Source: Candidatus Bathyarchaeota archaeon (lineage in GTDB: Archaea; Thermoproteota; Bathyarchaeia; Bathyarchaeales; Bathycorpusculaceae). From it: 64,000 bases of DNA. This document shows positions 22,302 through 31,789 of this stretch, piece by piece. The DNA lies in the NCBI GenBank assembly GCA_963826715.1, contig CAWGYA010000008.1, positions 448,001 through 512,000 on the forward strand. The letters are read 5' to 3'. Every line of letters starts with the position of its first letter. The stretch's first letter is position 1. The notes under the pieces are model-generated. The model was not told where the DNA came from, ran no database searches, and saw only the letters and a list, made by a program, of their open reading frames with translations. The translations under genes were made by a program, and so were the position numbers.

Positions 22302-23300
22302 TTATTCTAGTATTACCCGTCCCTTGCTTGCATGTCCAAATCGCTTAACCTTCCAGTTCTTCATGTTGCCTTTTATGATTTGGGGATTGCTTGTCAGGAT
22401 GTAGAAGGGCATTTTTGTTTGGGAAGTGTAGAGTTCAGCGATAAAGTTTAGAAGTCGTTTGCCGACTCCGATTCCTTGATAGTCAGGTAGCACCACTAAT
22501 CGGCTAACTCGATAATATTTTGCCTTCATCTTAATGCAGGCAACTGCTATGAAGGCTATGGGTTTATCTTGGTAGAGGGCAACATAACATCGGACTCCTG
22601 CACCTAGAGAGCCGTTTAGATAGTGATATTGCCGAAACATCTTCCAAAGGTTTGTGCCGCACCGATAGATTTTGAGGTCAACGGGCGGCCTGCTTCTTTT
22701 TTTCGACTAAACTCCATCGTATCCGTGCAGAATACCCAGTCGGGTTCCAGCCAATCGACAACGTCATAGTGGCAGGTAACAGCTATGAATTTCTTTTTTG
22801 AACTTCTGCGAACTGCTTTACTTATGGCAAAGGCACTGACTTTAGCAATTTCTCTATCTACAACAGTGTAAACTCGTCAAAGACAACAAAGGTTGATTAA
22901 ACAAAGCGCCCTCGCAATGTCAACACGCATTTTTTCACCTTGACTTAGACAATCATAGCTCTTAAGCCAGTCCGGAGGAGAAGCAAAACCGACACTGCAA
23001 AGCATCCGCGTTATCTCTGAGGTTTCAAGCCATGTGGGGAAATCATCCAAGACGCATTTGCTATTGTATTCAAAACCTTGAATGTAGGCGTCTGGGAAAA
23101 GCTGTTTAGCTATACTGGTTTTACCAGAGCCGCTTCGCCCAACGATAACACCGATTTGCCAATCGAAATCCTCAAGCGGCAAACGGCCCTTAAACCGCTT
23201 CTCCAGTTTCACATCGCTTAAAGTGTAGCTGCCGACAACGCTTTGGGCTCGGAAACTGTCGGATTCTTCCCATCCTTTTACAATGTCAAAATCCGTAACT
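22302..23300 (-). CDS. ABC-type ATPase fused/coupled to GNAT (Mom-like) acetyltransferase, frameshifted
   Basis: GRSGSGKT, LSQGEKMRV, (V)VFDEF..VVDR, CHYDVVDWLEPDWV; then YHYL...RLVVLPDYQGIGVG. Confidence 0.8.
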
Positions 23301-23847
23301 TATAACCCTCCGACTTTAGCTTCTCAAAATTTCCTTTTGGTCTGCTTCATCTTTACATTCAATAATGAACTCGTAGGTTTCAGGAACCGAAAAAGAAACC
23401 TCACGCTCATCCACCTCAATGGGGATCTCTCGCCGACAGATTGAAGAAACAACTTTAAATCCTCTTTTTCGCCTCATCAATTATGCGCAGGTACTCGGCG
23501 CTATCCAATTCTTTGTTGTGTTTGCCTTTTAGCTTGTTCAGCACCTGCCGTAGAAGTCGGCGGTCAACATCCTTAATTGGCAAGCGGATGACACTGCACT
23601 CAGTCATGCCAAGCTCCTTCATAGCCGTAACACGCTGCTGCCCATCAGCCACCAAAAGCTCACTATTAGTAACAACAGGAACGATGTCGCCCCATCTTTT
23701 AATTGAAGCTTTCAGGCGATCAAGTTGCGCAAAGCTCATTCGGTTAGGGTTGTCTTGGTCAAACTTGAGCTCGCTGATTTTCACTCGTTCCGACATTGGA
23801 ATCGGAATTTCTTGGTCTCGCTCGGTTTCGACTTGTTGGTCGCTCAT
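23278..23847 (-). CDS. ParB/Srx N-terminal domain protein, frameshifted C-terminus
   Basis: DNPNRM...LKASIKRWG..PVV...VADGQQRV; out-of-frame tail IIECKDEADQKE.FEKLKSEGYKLRILTL overlaps ATPase start. Confidence 0.8.
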
Positions 23848-23889
23848 ATTTTCGGATTCTCCATTATGTTTTCTGCAGTCGGTAATTGG

Positions 23890-24630
23890 TCAATTTGTGG
23901 CATTTTTCTTAAACCAGTCGCACTGCTTTGCACAAGTGGGACATTTCTCTTTGAGATAACGTGCGTTTCTTTCAGCAGTTGCTTTTTCCTCAATTTCTTC
24001 TTGCTGTTCTTCTAACTCGTCTTGCCTAGCCTGCTCGGGGGTTCTATTAGCGATAAACTGCTGTATGTCCTGGGTTGTTTTGAAAACATGATGTTGGTAA
24101 CAGTAGCGCTCAAAACTCTCAGGAGTAAATAAGTCATGGTTCCAAGCTGCATAAACGGGAGCTAAACGCCTTTCCTGTTCGCCCTCGCATAGTTCCCAAT
24201 AGCCAAGCGATTCAAAGATTGCTTGTTCCGCGTCGAATTGCTTTTTAAACTTGCGGGTTTCTTCAATGAGCCAATAAAATCGCGTGTAGAACACCCAATT
24301 AGCCATAGGATCTTTATACGTTACAAAAGCATCTGTGTAGGTTTGGAAAATCTCAAATATCCTAGCCATAAAGCGATGGTTCGCTGCATCCACGACTGCT
24401 TGGTCGCTTGCCGACAGCGGAGTATAAGCGGTTTCTCCCCGCGATGATGCTTCCTGCATTTCTTTCATGTGAGCTTCCAAGATTTGAGTCGCTCGCCTAT
24501 GTAATTCGCTTTCAGCTCGATCTAACTCTATGTCACCGTTTTCCCAGGTTATTCTTGTTGTGCCTTCTTCGGGAAGTTCAGGTAACACGTTTTTCTCTAA
24601 TTCACGCAGTTTCCTACTTAAAATGTTCAT
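23890..24630 (-). CDS. hypothetical protein (element-borne)
   Basis: 246-aa ORF coupled to upstream ORF; C-terminal CPTC..C. Confidence 0.65.
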   Translation of the reverse strand: MNILSRKLRELEKNVLPELPEEGTTRITWENGDIELDRAESELHRRATQILEAHMKEMQEASSRGETAYTPLSASDQAVVDAANHRFMARIFEIFQTYTDAFVTYKDPMANWVFYTRFYWLIEETRKFKKQFDAEQAIFESLGYWELCEGEQERRLAPVYAAWNHDLFTPESFERYCYQHHVFKTTQDIQQFIANRTPEQARQDELEEQQEEIEEKATAERNARYLKEKCPTCAKQCDWFKKNATN

Positions 24631-25007
24631 TTCCGCTTATCCTCCGGTTTCGGTATTAGTATGCTGTTCTTGAGCTTCTCCTCTAAAGTTAACACCCGAA
24701 GCTCCAACTCCTCATCTTTTAACAAGGGGCCGTAGGTTGAGACGGCTGAGACTAGAACTCTCGCCCAACCCTGCTTTGCTTTGTCGCTGTTTCCTTCGGA
24801 ATGAATTTTTTTGTGGGACAGGCTTAATACACTGTCTAATACGTGAAATAACGTGTTTCTACGCTCCTTTGTGGAACGGTTTAATGATGGTTTCTTAACG
24901 GTTTCAGATTCAACTTTGCCCAAGCTGCACTTTGCCTTCCTTAGGTTAACTCCAACACCTGGAGAAAGACAACAAAGCGAGTTAACACTCAAGACAACAC
25001 AAAACAA
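24627..25007 (-). CDS. hypothetical small helical protein (start uncertain)
   Basis: ELELRVLTLEEKL coiled tail; ATGA overlap with next gene. Confidence 0.5.
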   Translation of the reverse strand: MFCVVLSVNSLCCLSPGVGVNLRKAKCSLGKVESETVKKPSLNRSTKERRNTLFHVLDSVLSLSHKKIHSEGNSDKAKQGWARVLVSAVSTYGPLLKDEELELRVLTLEEKLKNSILIPKPEDKRK

Positions 25008-25107
25008 GACAACAATAGCTATATCGACTATTTGTTGATAAAAAACTTTGGGTTTAGTGTATTAAAAATATTTCAATTGAAAAGCAATAAGAAACAAAAA
25101 TGAACTT

Positions 25108-25890
25108 TCAAGAGGAGAACTTAGTTATGGCAATATTTCTTAGTTGCTCTTGAATTTTAGGGTCCTGATATTTTTGTTCATCCTTCAGGTAATCAATCAG
25201 GATTTCATACTCTGTAGGTGCCATTAGCTCTTTTAGCCAGAGGACTCCTTTAGACTTAAACGGGATTAACGATTTAAGAACCATACCTTTAGACTGTGCT
25301 TTTTCCTTCGCACCTTGCTCTCTATCCAGTATTACAACCACGTCATTGCAAATGACGTTTACATTTTTGTCCTTTGCTGCTTCCAATATTTGTTCCCCTC
25401 GCAACTAATTTCGTATCGAATTTGGTTGCTAGGTCGTCAATTATGGCTATATGGTCACCTTCACAAAAATCCCCTTCCACCAAAGAATGGTGACCATGAG
25501 CGTTAACCTTACCCTTTATTTTGGCGAGATGCTCGTTAAATGCTGCTTTTGTCTTAATATCTTCCAAGTTTCTGCCGTAACATGAAGGAATCCCTGAAGC
25601 TATCGTTACGGAGCAAGCAATTGGTATTCCTGCAAGATAAACTCCGACAATTCGGTTAACTTGCGGCATTTCAGTTTTAATCAGCTCTCCAATAGCGGAG
25701 CCTATTTTGTTCAATATTTCTTGACCGTGTTTCTTACTTCCTATTGGACAATATTAATGTAAAAAGGACTCCATAAACCTGAAAACAACCTGTATCCATT
25801 CGGGTTATTCTTGTACCATGTTTCAATCATTCCTTCTTTATAGAGTAATTCTACTATGTCTTTGCAGATCTGTTCTCGATTGAAAGTCAT
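25108..25890 (-). CDS. orotate-phosphoribosyltransferase-like type I PRTase, two frameshifts
   Basis: ATG 25890 MTFNREQIC...FSGLWSPFYIN...AGIPIA...IAIIDDLAT...VVILDREQGA. Confidence 0.8.
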
Positions 25891-25892
25891 TC

Positions 25893-26810
25893 TCAGTTGA
25901 TTCTCCTATACATAACGACGAAATCAGCATATCCACTGATTGAGAAATCATGCCTCTTCCTAAACCCGAGTTTCTCTTTATAGAAGGTTTCTTTGGTTTT
26001 AAAGGCATCTAATGTAATCGTTCGAATACCTTTGAACCGACAATACTCTATAAAGAATAGCATCAGGTCGGTTCCAATGCCCTGTTCACTATAATTAACA
26101 TCGACTGCAAGTGTATCAATACGAGCGGTAGTTGATTTAATATTAAAATGCAACGCTGCTATAATTTTGCTTTCCTTTTCTACGACGAAAACTTTTCCAC
26201 TCTTATTGCATCTCAAAAAATACAAATATTCTCCGATCCCCGTCTTATCGATACGTTCATCGCCACATTTGAACCATTGAGAAGAAACATCGTTTTCATC
26301 TAATTCTCGAACGAAATCGCCTGGTGGAGTCAACACTTGTGGATAAGGCCATTCTATGTCTGGAGGATAACCTTCGAGTAATAGGTAAAGATTGTCCTCA
26401 GCATTAATAATTGAAGAAAAGAAATGGGGAAAACAAGAAGCATTGTTTCTTGCTGCAATACTCATAGTTTTAACATCAATGGCTCCACAAGCAGTAGCCT
26501 GTTTGGCGACTGCTCGAAGCGTGTTTCCTGTATCCACTCTCACGTATGTTATCAGTACTTTTTTGCCCTTTACTTCCGTTTCGGGAAAATTGGTAATTTC
26601 TGTAACATTAGTGCCTTTTCGTACCACATCGCAGGCATAAACTTCAATCTTCTCATTGTTCAAAATTTCAGCTAATCGAGTAACAATTTCAATGCCTGAT
26701 ATTCCGACTGCAATTAATACGGGCAAATCATTTGCATAATACTTTTTTATCTCAATAGAAAGGGAGCTTAGAAGATGAGAAAAAATATCTTCTGTGAGAT
26801 AGACATCCAC
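25893..26810 (-). CDS. PRTase-like domain fused to GNAT acetyltransferase
   Basis: N-half GKKVLITYVRVDTGNT (degenerate PRPP loop); C-half FKCGDERID, LAVDVNYSEQGIG, LDA..FY..LGF. Confidence 0.8.
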   Translation of the reverse strand: MDVYLTEDIFSHLLSSLSIEIKKYYANDLPVLIAVGISGIEIVTRLAEILNNEKIEVYACDVVRKGTNVTEITNFPETEVKGKKVLITYVRVDTGNTLRAVAKQATACGAIDVKTMSIAARNNASCFPHFFSSIINAEDNLYLLLEGYPPDIEWPYPQVLTPPGDFVRELDENDVSSQWFKCGDERIDKTGIGEYLYFLRCNKSGKVFVVEKESKIIAALHFNIKSTTARIDTLAVDVNYSEQGIGTDLMLFFIEYCRFKGIRTITLDAFKTKETFYKEKLGFRKRHDFSISGYADFVVMYRRIN

Positions 26811-26826
26811 TATTCAAGCCACGGAT

Positions 26827-27069
26827 TTAAGCAATGTTTTCTGGAGAAAGTGATCTTATGGGTGTAGTTTCTATTTCTTTTCCAAGAATCTTGGCAAAGC
26901 ATCTGCGGCATAAGGCACCTTCTTGAGTCTCATATTTCCCTGTAATAGCCTCGTGAATATGAACACCACAATTTGAGCAAATCAAAGCTGGCTTTTCGCG
27001 CAACTGGTCCCTTAAACTTTCAATTCTTTTCTTGGTCTGAGCGTTCATTTTCGATTCACTTTTTGCCAA
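26827..27069 (-). CDS. small zinc-finger protein
   Basis: CSNC...CRRC; 16 bp upstream of PRTase-GNAT. Confidence 0.65.
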   Translation of the reverse strand: MAKSESKMNAQTKKRIESLRDQLREKPALICSNCGVHIHEAITGKYETQEGALCRRCFAKILGKEIETTPIRSLSPENIA

Positions 27070-27547
27070 TAGAATCCCTCCTTTAATAATAAAAACTTAC
27101 CTATACTTCGCGTTAACTTTGTTGGTCTATGCGAACAGTTATTTGCTTTTTTAGGTGCACACGTGGTGCACTCCATTTTGCGCTCGCTAAAATCAGTCTC
27201 CATACTTGATAGCGTGGTGCACCAGTGCTCATCGATTCCATGTTTATGCTCGCTAATAATAATGGATTTAAGCACAAACTTATTATCAGCTATACAGATT
27301 TAAGTTTTTCCAAACTTAGCCATTATTAATCAAAGCTCGTTGCAGTACAAATTAGCTTAATTACGTCAGTTATCGAGACTTAATTTAAAAAAGGCCTGAA
27401 ATTAATTTTTCAGGCTTAAAGTTGTAAGTTGGTTATCAAGGACCATCAAAAGCCGATTAAAAAAGGGAATTAGCGGGAGATTTTGCCACTTTAACCTTAT
27501 AGAAGCCATAAAAGACCACTATATTACGACTATTTTTTGCAGACGAC

Positions 27548-28027
27548 TTATTGAAATGGCAACCAAGTTGTGTTAATATAAACGAGAATAAGTATCCAGG
27601 CGACAAAGAATATCAAGGGCATGACTTGCGTTAAGTATGATGGGCTTTTTATTTTCTTTTTAGTTAGTTCACTTTCGATAGATGCGAAGCAGTGAAACCT
27701 ATCTATTTCATTGCTTAGTTTTATCATTTCTTGCCGCCATTTATCAATCCAGTGAAGAGACCCCTTCAGAACTAGAAACCATAAAAGAGCTATAGAAAGT
27801 CCAATTATGGGGACGAGTGAAACTAGGAAAGAATAACCATCTAGGAGGGTTGGATAAATTAATATGAATGCAGAAAAGAGGCCAGTATTTGTTATTAGAT
27901 AAAAGTTTGCTCTATTCCAAAATTCCCTTAGATCCTGATTAAAATGGTCGGCAACAATTTTATAGGTTTCAATATCAATTTTATTTATCTGATCCTTAAG
28001 TGAATTTGAAGCGTCGCTTGTTGTCAT
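27548..28027 (-). CDS. small multi-TM membrane protein (RipA-like pattern)
   Basis: FWNRANFYLITNTGLF, 3 TM. Confidence 0.6.
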   Translation of the reverse strand: MTTSDASNSLKDQINKIDIETYKIVADHFNQDLREFWNRANFYLITNTGLFSAFILIYPTLLDGYSFLVSLVPIIGLSIALLWFLVLKGSLHWIDKWRQEMIKLSNEIDRFHCFASIESELTKKKIKSPSYLTQVMPLIFFVAWILILVYINTTWLPFQ

Positions 28028-28449
28028 ATATAATCTCTCTTTTTGCTTTTCCTTCGCTTTTTTGGAATAATTGAAGTGCTATTAGGGATTTTTCTGGTGC
28101 AATCAAATAACAAATGACCAAGTGGGTTACGATTTGGATCTTGTGAGTCTATGTGTCGTTTTATTTTAAAGCCCTTGTTTGAATTGTGAACATCACCGTG
28201 CAATCGCCGTCCATCAGGAAGAGGTTTTTCAAATGTAATTTTTGCCCCAGGTTTATTTCCTTGCAGTGAAGGACCTATTTTATAGCGTTTGTTACGGAGA
28301 TGAGTTTCGATCCCTTCCAAGGTTGTTGGGGGTAACACAAATTTTTTAGGACCTTTGTTTTTTAATCCAGTTGATTTTCTCGCTCTATTACCATAAGAAC
28401 TATTTGATTTCCTTGCTCTGTAACTCAATGTATTGTTTCCACCTAGCAA
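28024..28449 (-). CDS. basic hypothetical protein
   Basis: RLHGDVH...RHIDSQDPNRNPLGHL; ATGA-coupled to 27548..28027. Confidence 0.55.
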   Translation of the reverse strand: MLGGNNTLSYRARKSNSSYGNRARKSTGLKNKGPKKFVLPPTTLEGIETHLRNKRYKIGPSLQGNKPGAKITFEKPLPDGRRLHGDVHNSNKGFKIKRHIDSQDPNRNPLGHLLFDCTRKIPNSTSIIPKKRRKSKKRDYI

Positions 28450-28694
28450 GAGTTGACTAAAGGATACAAATTACATGGTTAGCGCTAATTGGTATTGAAT
28501 CTTTCGTTATAGTCAAAAAAAGAGAATTATGCTGAGAATGGAGACGTCGCCTATGAAAGCCTTAATATAGATTAAAGTTATGTTTTTCCGGATAAGGGTA
28601 TCATCATTTTCATTTTTCGTCAAATTACAAAGTTTTTAAAAACAGATTAATTTTCTCTCAAGAAATCTTTGTAGGGCTTTATGCTTACAAGAAG

Positions 28695-28880
28695 ATGGTG
28701 AGCCAGTTTGCTATGAATTTAAATTACAAAGCTAAATTAATTGGTAATATGGACACTAAGAAAACAAAAAACGAGAATATTCAAAAGATTTTGAGAGAAC
28801 AATGGCTTGTTATTGACGCGAGTCATGAAGCTATAATTGCTGATATAAAGAAACTTGTAGAAGAAAGAACTAAAATTTGA
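28695..28880 (+). CDS. hypothetical protein
   Basis: Short ORF near right att. Confidence 0.3.
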   Translation: MVSQFAMNLNYKAKLIGNMDTKKTKNENIQKILREQWLVIDASHEAIIADIKKLVEERTKI

Positions 28881-29012
28881 AGTTAGACGGATTATATAAA
28901 AAAAGAGATTAGTCGGGTTATGTATCCACTGGATAGAGGGTTCGAATCCCACCCCCTGCACCATATATAAATAAACTCTAGGGGGTTTGTCCAGGCGATA
29001 CTTTTAGGTTCT

Positions 29013-29078
29013 TTAGCTGAGTTTGCGTTTTCTAAAGATTTTAGAGCCTTGAAACTCAGTAACGTACTCAAAGCCTGC
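29013..29078 (-). pseudogene. C-terminal remnant of integrase homologous to 7053..8369
   Basis: AGFEYVTEFQGSKIFRKRKLS* vs SGFEYVTEFQGAKIFRKRKL*. Confidence 0.85.
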
Positions 29079-29162
29079 TTGCTGTTTATAAAAATTATTA
29101 AAAGTATGTATTAAGATACCATAATTTTAGAAAAAAGTGGCAATTAGCACACCCAGCTAACG

Positions 29163-30044
29163 CTAACTTTTTTCTTTATGTCTTTTACGAGCTATAAGGA
29201 GCACTGAAAAAACTAAAACAACTACAACCACTCCCAGTATCAGAAGTATTGGATTTAACCAGAAGTCAGAACCCGCTGGCGAAGAGACTGGTACACTAGG
29301 TGTCGTAGTTGGAGAAGGGGTTGGTGAAGCAACAGGCAATATGTTGTTTTCCAGGACTGTATCTGGCGCACCTGAAATGTCAATATACTCATCCGTAATG
29401 TCTAGGAACGTATTGTTTATTGCGGCGTTGTGGTCACCATAATTGAACTCAATACCACAACATACATTAGAAATATCGTTTCCAATAACATCATTGTAAG
29501 ACCCGAAAACTCTAATTCCATTGCCGCTGTCCAGACCTATTAGGGAGTTATAAGCAATTTTGTTATTTGTTGCTGAATAGCCAATATTTATACCCGAAAC
29601 AGTGTTCTTAATTGAATTTCCAGTGATTGTGCAGTCAGAAATTTTATCTGCAACAATACCGTGGACGAAATTATCTATATTAAAATTTCGAACTTCCACA
29701 TTTTTTGATGAACTTAAATCTATTGCAGTATCTTGTATTGGACCATGGCCTCTACCTAGAAGGGTGTGATATTTGCCATCCAGCACTATGTTATCACATT
29801 TGATTATTAATTTGTATTCTGTAATATCCCCTGTTAAGCTGTAAGTTTTTGCGTTTCTTGCAATAGGGGCCGTATTTGGGTCAATGCTGCCATCCCCCAA
29901 TATGTAAATTTCAGGCATATTTTCCATAAGACCTGGGTTAGCGACTAGATTGGCTGCGCTAGTAACTTCAAACCCACAGCTAAACAGTAATGCAACAAAT
30001 AGAATAAACACGCCAATTTTCTTATGCAAATACGGTTGCCTCAA
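29163..30044 (-). CDS. right-handed beta-helix (NosD/CASH-like) surface protein
   Basis: Signal peptide, IYI..DGSIDP..API, parallel beta-helix repeats, P/T linker, TM; paralogue of 56472..57347. Confidence 0.85.
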   Translation of the reverse strand: MRQPYLHKKIGVFILFVALLFSCGFEVTSAANLVANPGLMENMPEIYILGDGSIDPNTAPIARNAKTYSLTGDITEYKLIIKCDNIVLDGKYHTLLGRGHGPIQDTAIDLSSSKNVEVRNFNIDNFVHGIVADKISDCTITGNSIKNTVSGINIGYSATNNKIAYNSLIGLDSGNGIRVFGSYNDVIGNDISNVCCGIEFNYGDHNAAINNTFLDITDEYIDISGAPDTVLENNILPVASPTPSPTTTPSVPVSSPAGSDFWLNPILLILGVVVVVLVFSVLLIARKRHKEKS

Positions 30045-30082
30045 CCATATTGTTTGAAGAAATCAAGAGTATAAAAGGTTTT

Positions 30083-30102
30083 TAGTCAAGGTTTATTGAC
30101 TA
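30083..30102. promoter_or_regulatory. palindrome TAGTCAA-N6-TTGACTA just upstream of BRE/TATA
   Basis: Same core motif at 20413..20430 and 56403..56420; core lies 7 nt from the TATA-like box in all three. Confidence 0.6.
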
Positions 30103-30655
30103 TCAGACTATTGATAGGATGATGTAGTAAGTCAAGTGAAAAGGTTATTACGGTATTTAATATAAATTAAAAGGCAATCAGAAACACCACCCTTGGTTTT
30201 CCGTGAATATGACAAACAGTCACTAAGTACAGTTCAATGGTGAATAGCGGCTAACCCGGTTCGCAATGTTGAATTAAGCATGGATACATCACTTTTCACC
30301 CAAAAAGCACCGATAATAACCCAAGAACCCAAAAAACAGCGAAAACCACTATATGAAAAAACCCGCAGTAGCCTTTTTTTCCATGCTGTTTTTATTAAAA
30401 AAGAGGTTAGTGCTTAATGCGGGGTTTTTGCGGCTCGTTGCGAAGTATTATTGCGGTTTTCCCCATACTTTTAGGGACTTAATAACATTTCCAGAATAGA
30501 CGATAAGCTAAATTATAGACGAAGATTGAAAAGTGTTTTAACTTACAGGGAAGAGCGGGGGATTTTGCCACTCAGCTGCATGGAAGCCAAAAAATACTAA
30601 ATCAAGTGAGTTATCTAAAAAAAGAGATTGGCGGGATATGTCTCCACTGCTTTGA

Positions 30656-31564
30656 GGGTTCGAATCCCACCCCCTGCACTTCAATCGGACTCAATCGCAT
30701 TAGTTTTGCCTGTTGTTTTGAAGTTGAAGAGTGAAGGTAGAAAGGATTCTACGTTAGCTCCGATGCTTAAGCGATTGAAGTTTTTGGGAAGAAACGTAAA
30801 CTTAGAAGACCCTGAGAAGGTCAAAGAATTTATCGCCTCTAAAAACTATACCGATGGATACAAAGATAACCTGATTGATGCATACAGTCATTTCTGTCGA
30901 TTCTATTCGGTTCAATGGACTAAGCCAATCTATATGCGTGAGGAAAGAATTACAAAAGCACCTAGAGAGGAAGATATAAACAAAATAATTAGTCATGGCA
31001 AATTCAAGTTCTGTTGCTTTTTCGGTTCTTAGAGATTCAGGGATGCGACCCGTTGAAGTTGGAATGTTGAGAGTTAAGGACTTTGACTAGATAGCGGTGA
31101 TGTGTATCCTACAACTGCAAAAAATGGTTCAGGTAGAATTCTTAGAATTAGGAAAGAAACATTGGCGATGCTCAAGAGGTATATTAGCGAAAACAATCTT
31201 AACTCCAATGGATGTTCTTTGGGAATGATAAAAGAGTCAAGCAAAACTGGTCTAGATTGAAAACCTCTGTTGCAATCAAACTATGCGAACCAAAATTACT
31301 TCAAATAAGACTTTATGACTTAAGGCATTTCGCTGGTTCTATGACCTACTATAGAACTAAGGAGACATCATCTATACAATGCGATTTCTAGGGCATAAGA
31401 ACATTAAGAATACTTTGCGTTACGTTCACTTGATTGATTTCAATAAGGATGACTATCATGTTTCTGTAGCCAAAACCGTTGATGACGCTTGTAAACTAAT
31501 AGAGCACGGCTTTGAGTATGTCACATCAATCGATGAGGTTAAGCTATTCAAAAAGAGGAAGTAG
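30656..31564 (+). pseudogene. tyrosine integrase C-fragment starting at att site, frameshifted
   Basis: RVRIPPPALQ.. in frame through att; GMRPVE, TAKN, YDLRH, LGHKN, Y; homologous to core of 7053..8369. Confidence 0.85.
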
Positions 31565-31570
31565 CATCAT

Positions 31571-31789
31571 ATGATTGACTGTATAGCCTTCATCATATCC
31601 TTTTTTCTCATACCTTTTCTAATTCTAATAATATTGATTGGCGTTAAATTCTTCTATAGCCTAGTCACGATTGGACAATCAAACAATAACTGTAATGAAG
31701 AAACCAATAAGCAACTTATAGAGAATTCAAAGGAAGACAGTCAAGCTGACTTATACATGAGTGAAGAGAATCCCGATGATAATTCGTAA
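31571..31789 (+). CDS. small single-TM protein with acidic tail
   Basis: Hydrophobic N-terminus. Confidence 0.4.
   Translation: MIDCIAFIISFFLIPFLILIILIGVKFFYSLVTIGQSNNNCNEETNKQLIENSKEDSQADLYMSEENPDDNS

Larger units (their letters stand above)
6972..28962. mobile_element. 22-kb integrative element at tRNA-Leu 3' end
   Basis: 25-bp direct repeat gggttcgaatcccaccccctgcacc at 6972..6996 and 28938..28962; integrase adjacent to left att; R-M/Fic/ParB cargo. Confidence 0.9.
28938..30679. mobile_element. 1.7-kb relic of a second element of the same family in tandem at tRNA-Leu att
   Basis: att copies 28938..28962 and 30656..30679; left end homologous to 6997..7113; right arm 30611..30655 homologous to 28892..28937. 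Confidence 0.82.

Noticed and set aside
6972-28962. Calling the 22-kb element a provirus or conjugative element
   Set aside because: No recognisable capsid, portal, terminase large subunit, VirB4 or relaxase
30628-30655. TTG start at 30628 as the true start of the third integrase
   Set aside because: This stretch is the conserved right arm of element 2 (homologous to 28892..28937), so it was juxtaposed by integration
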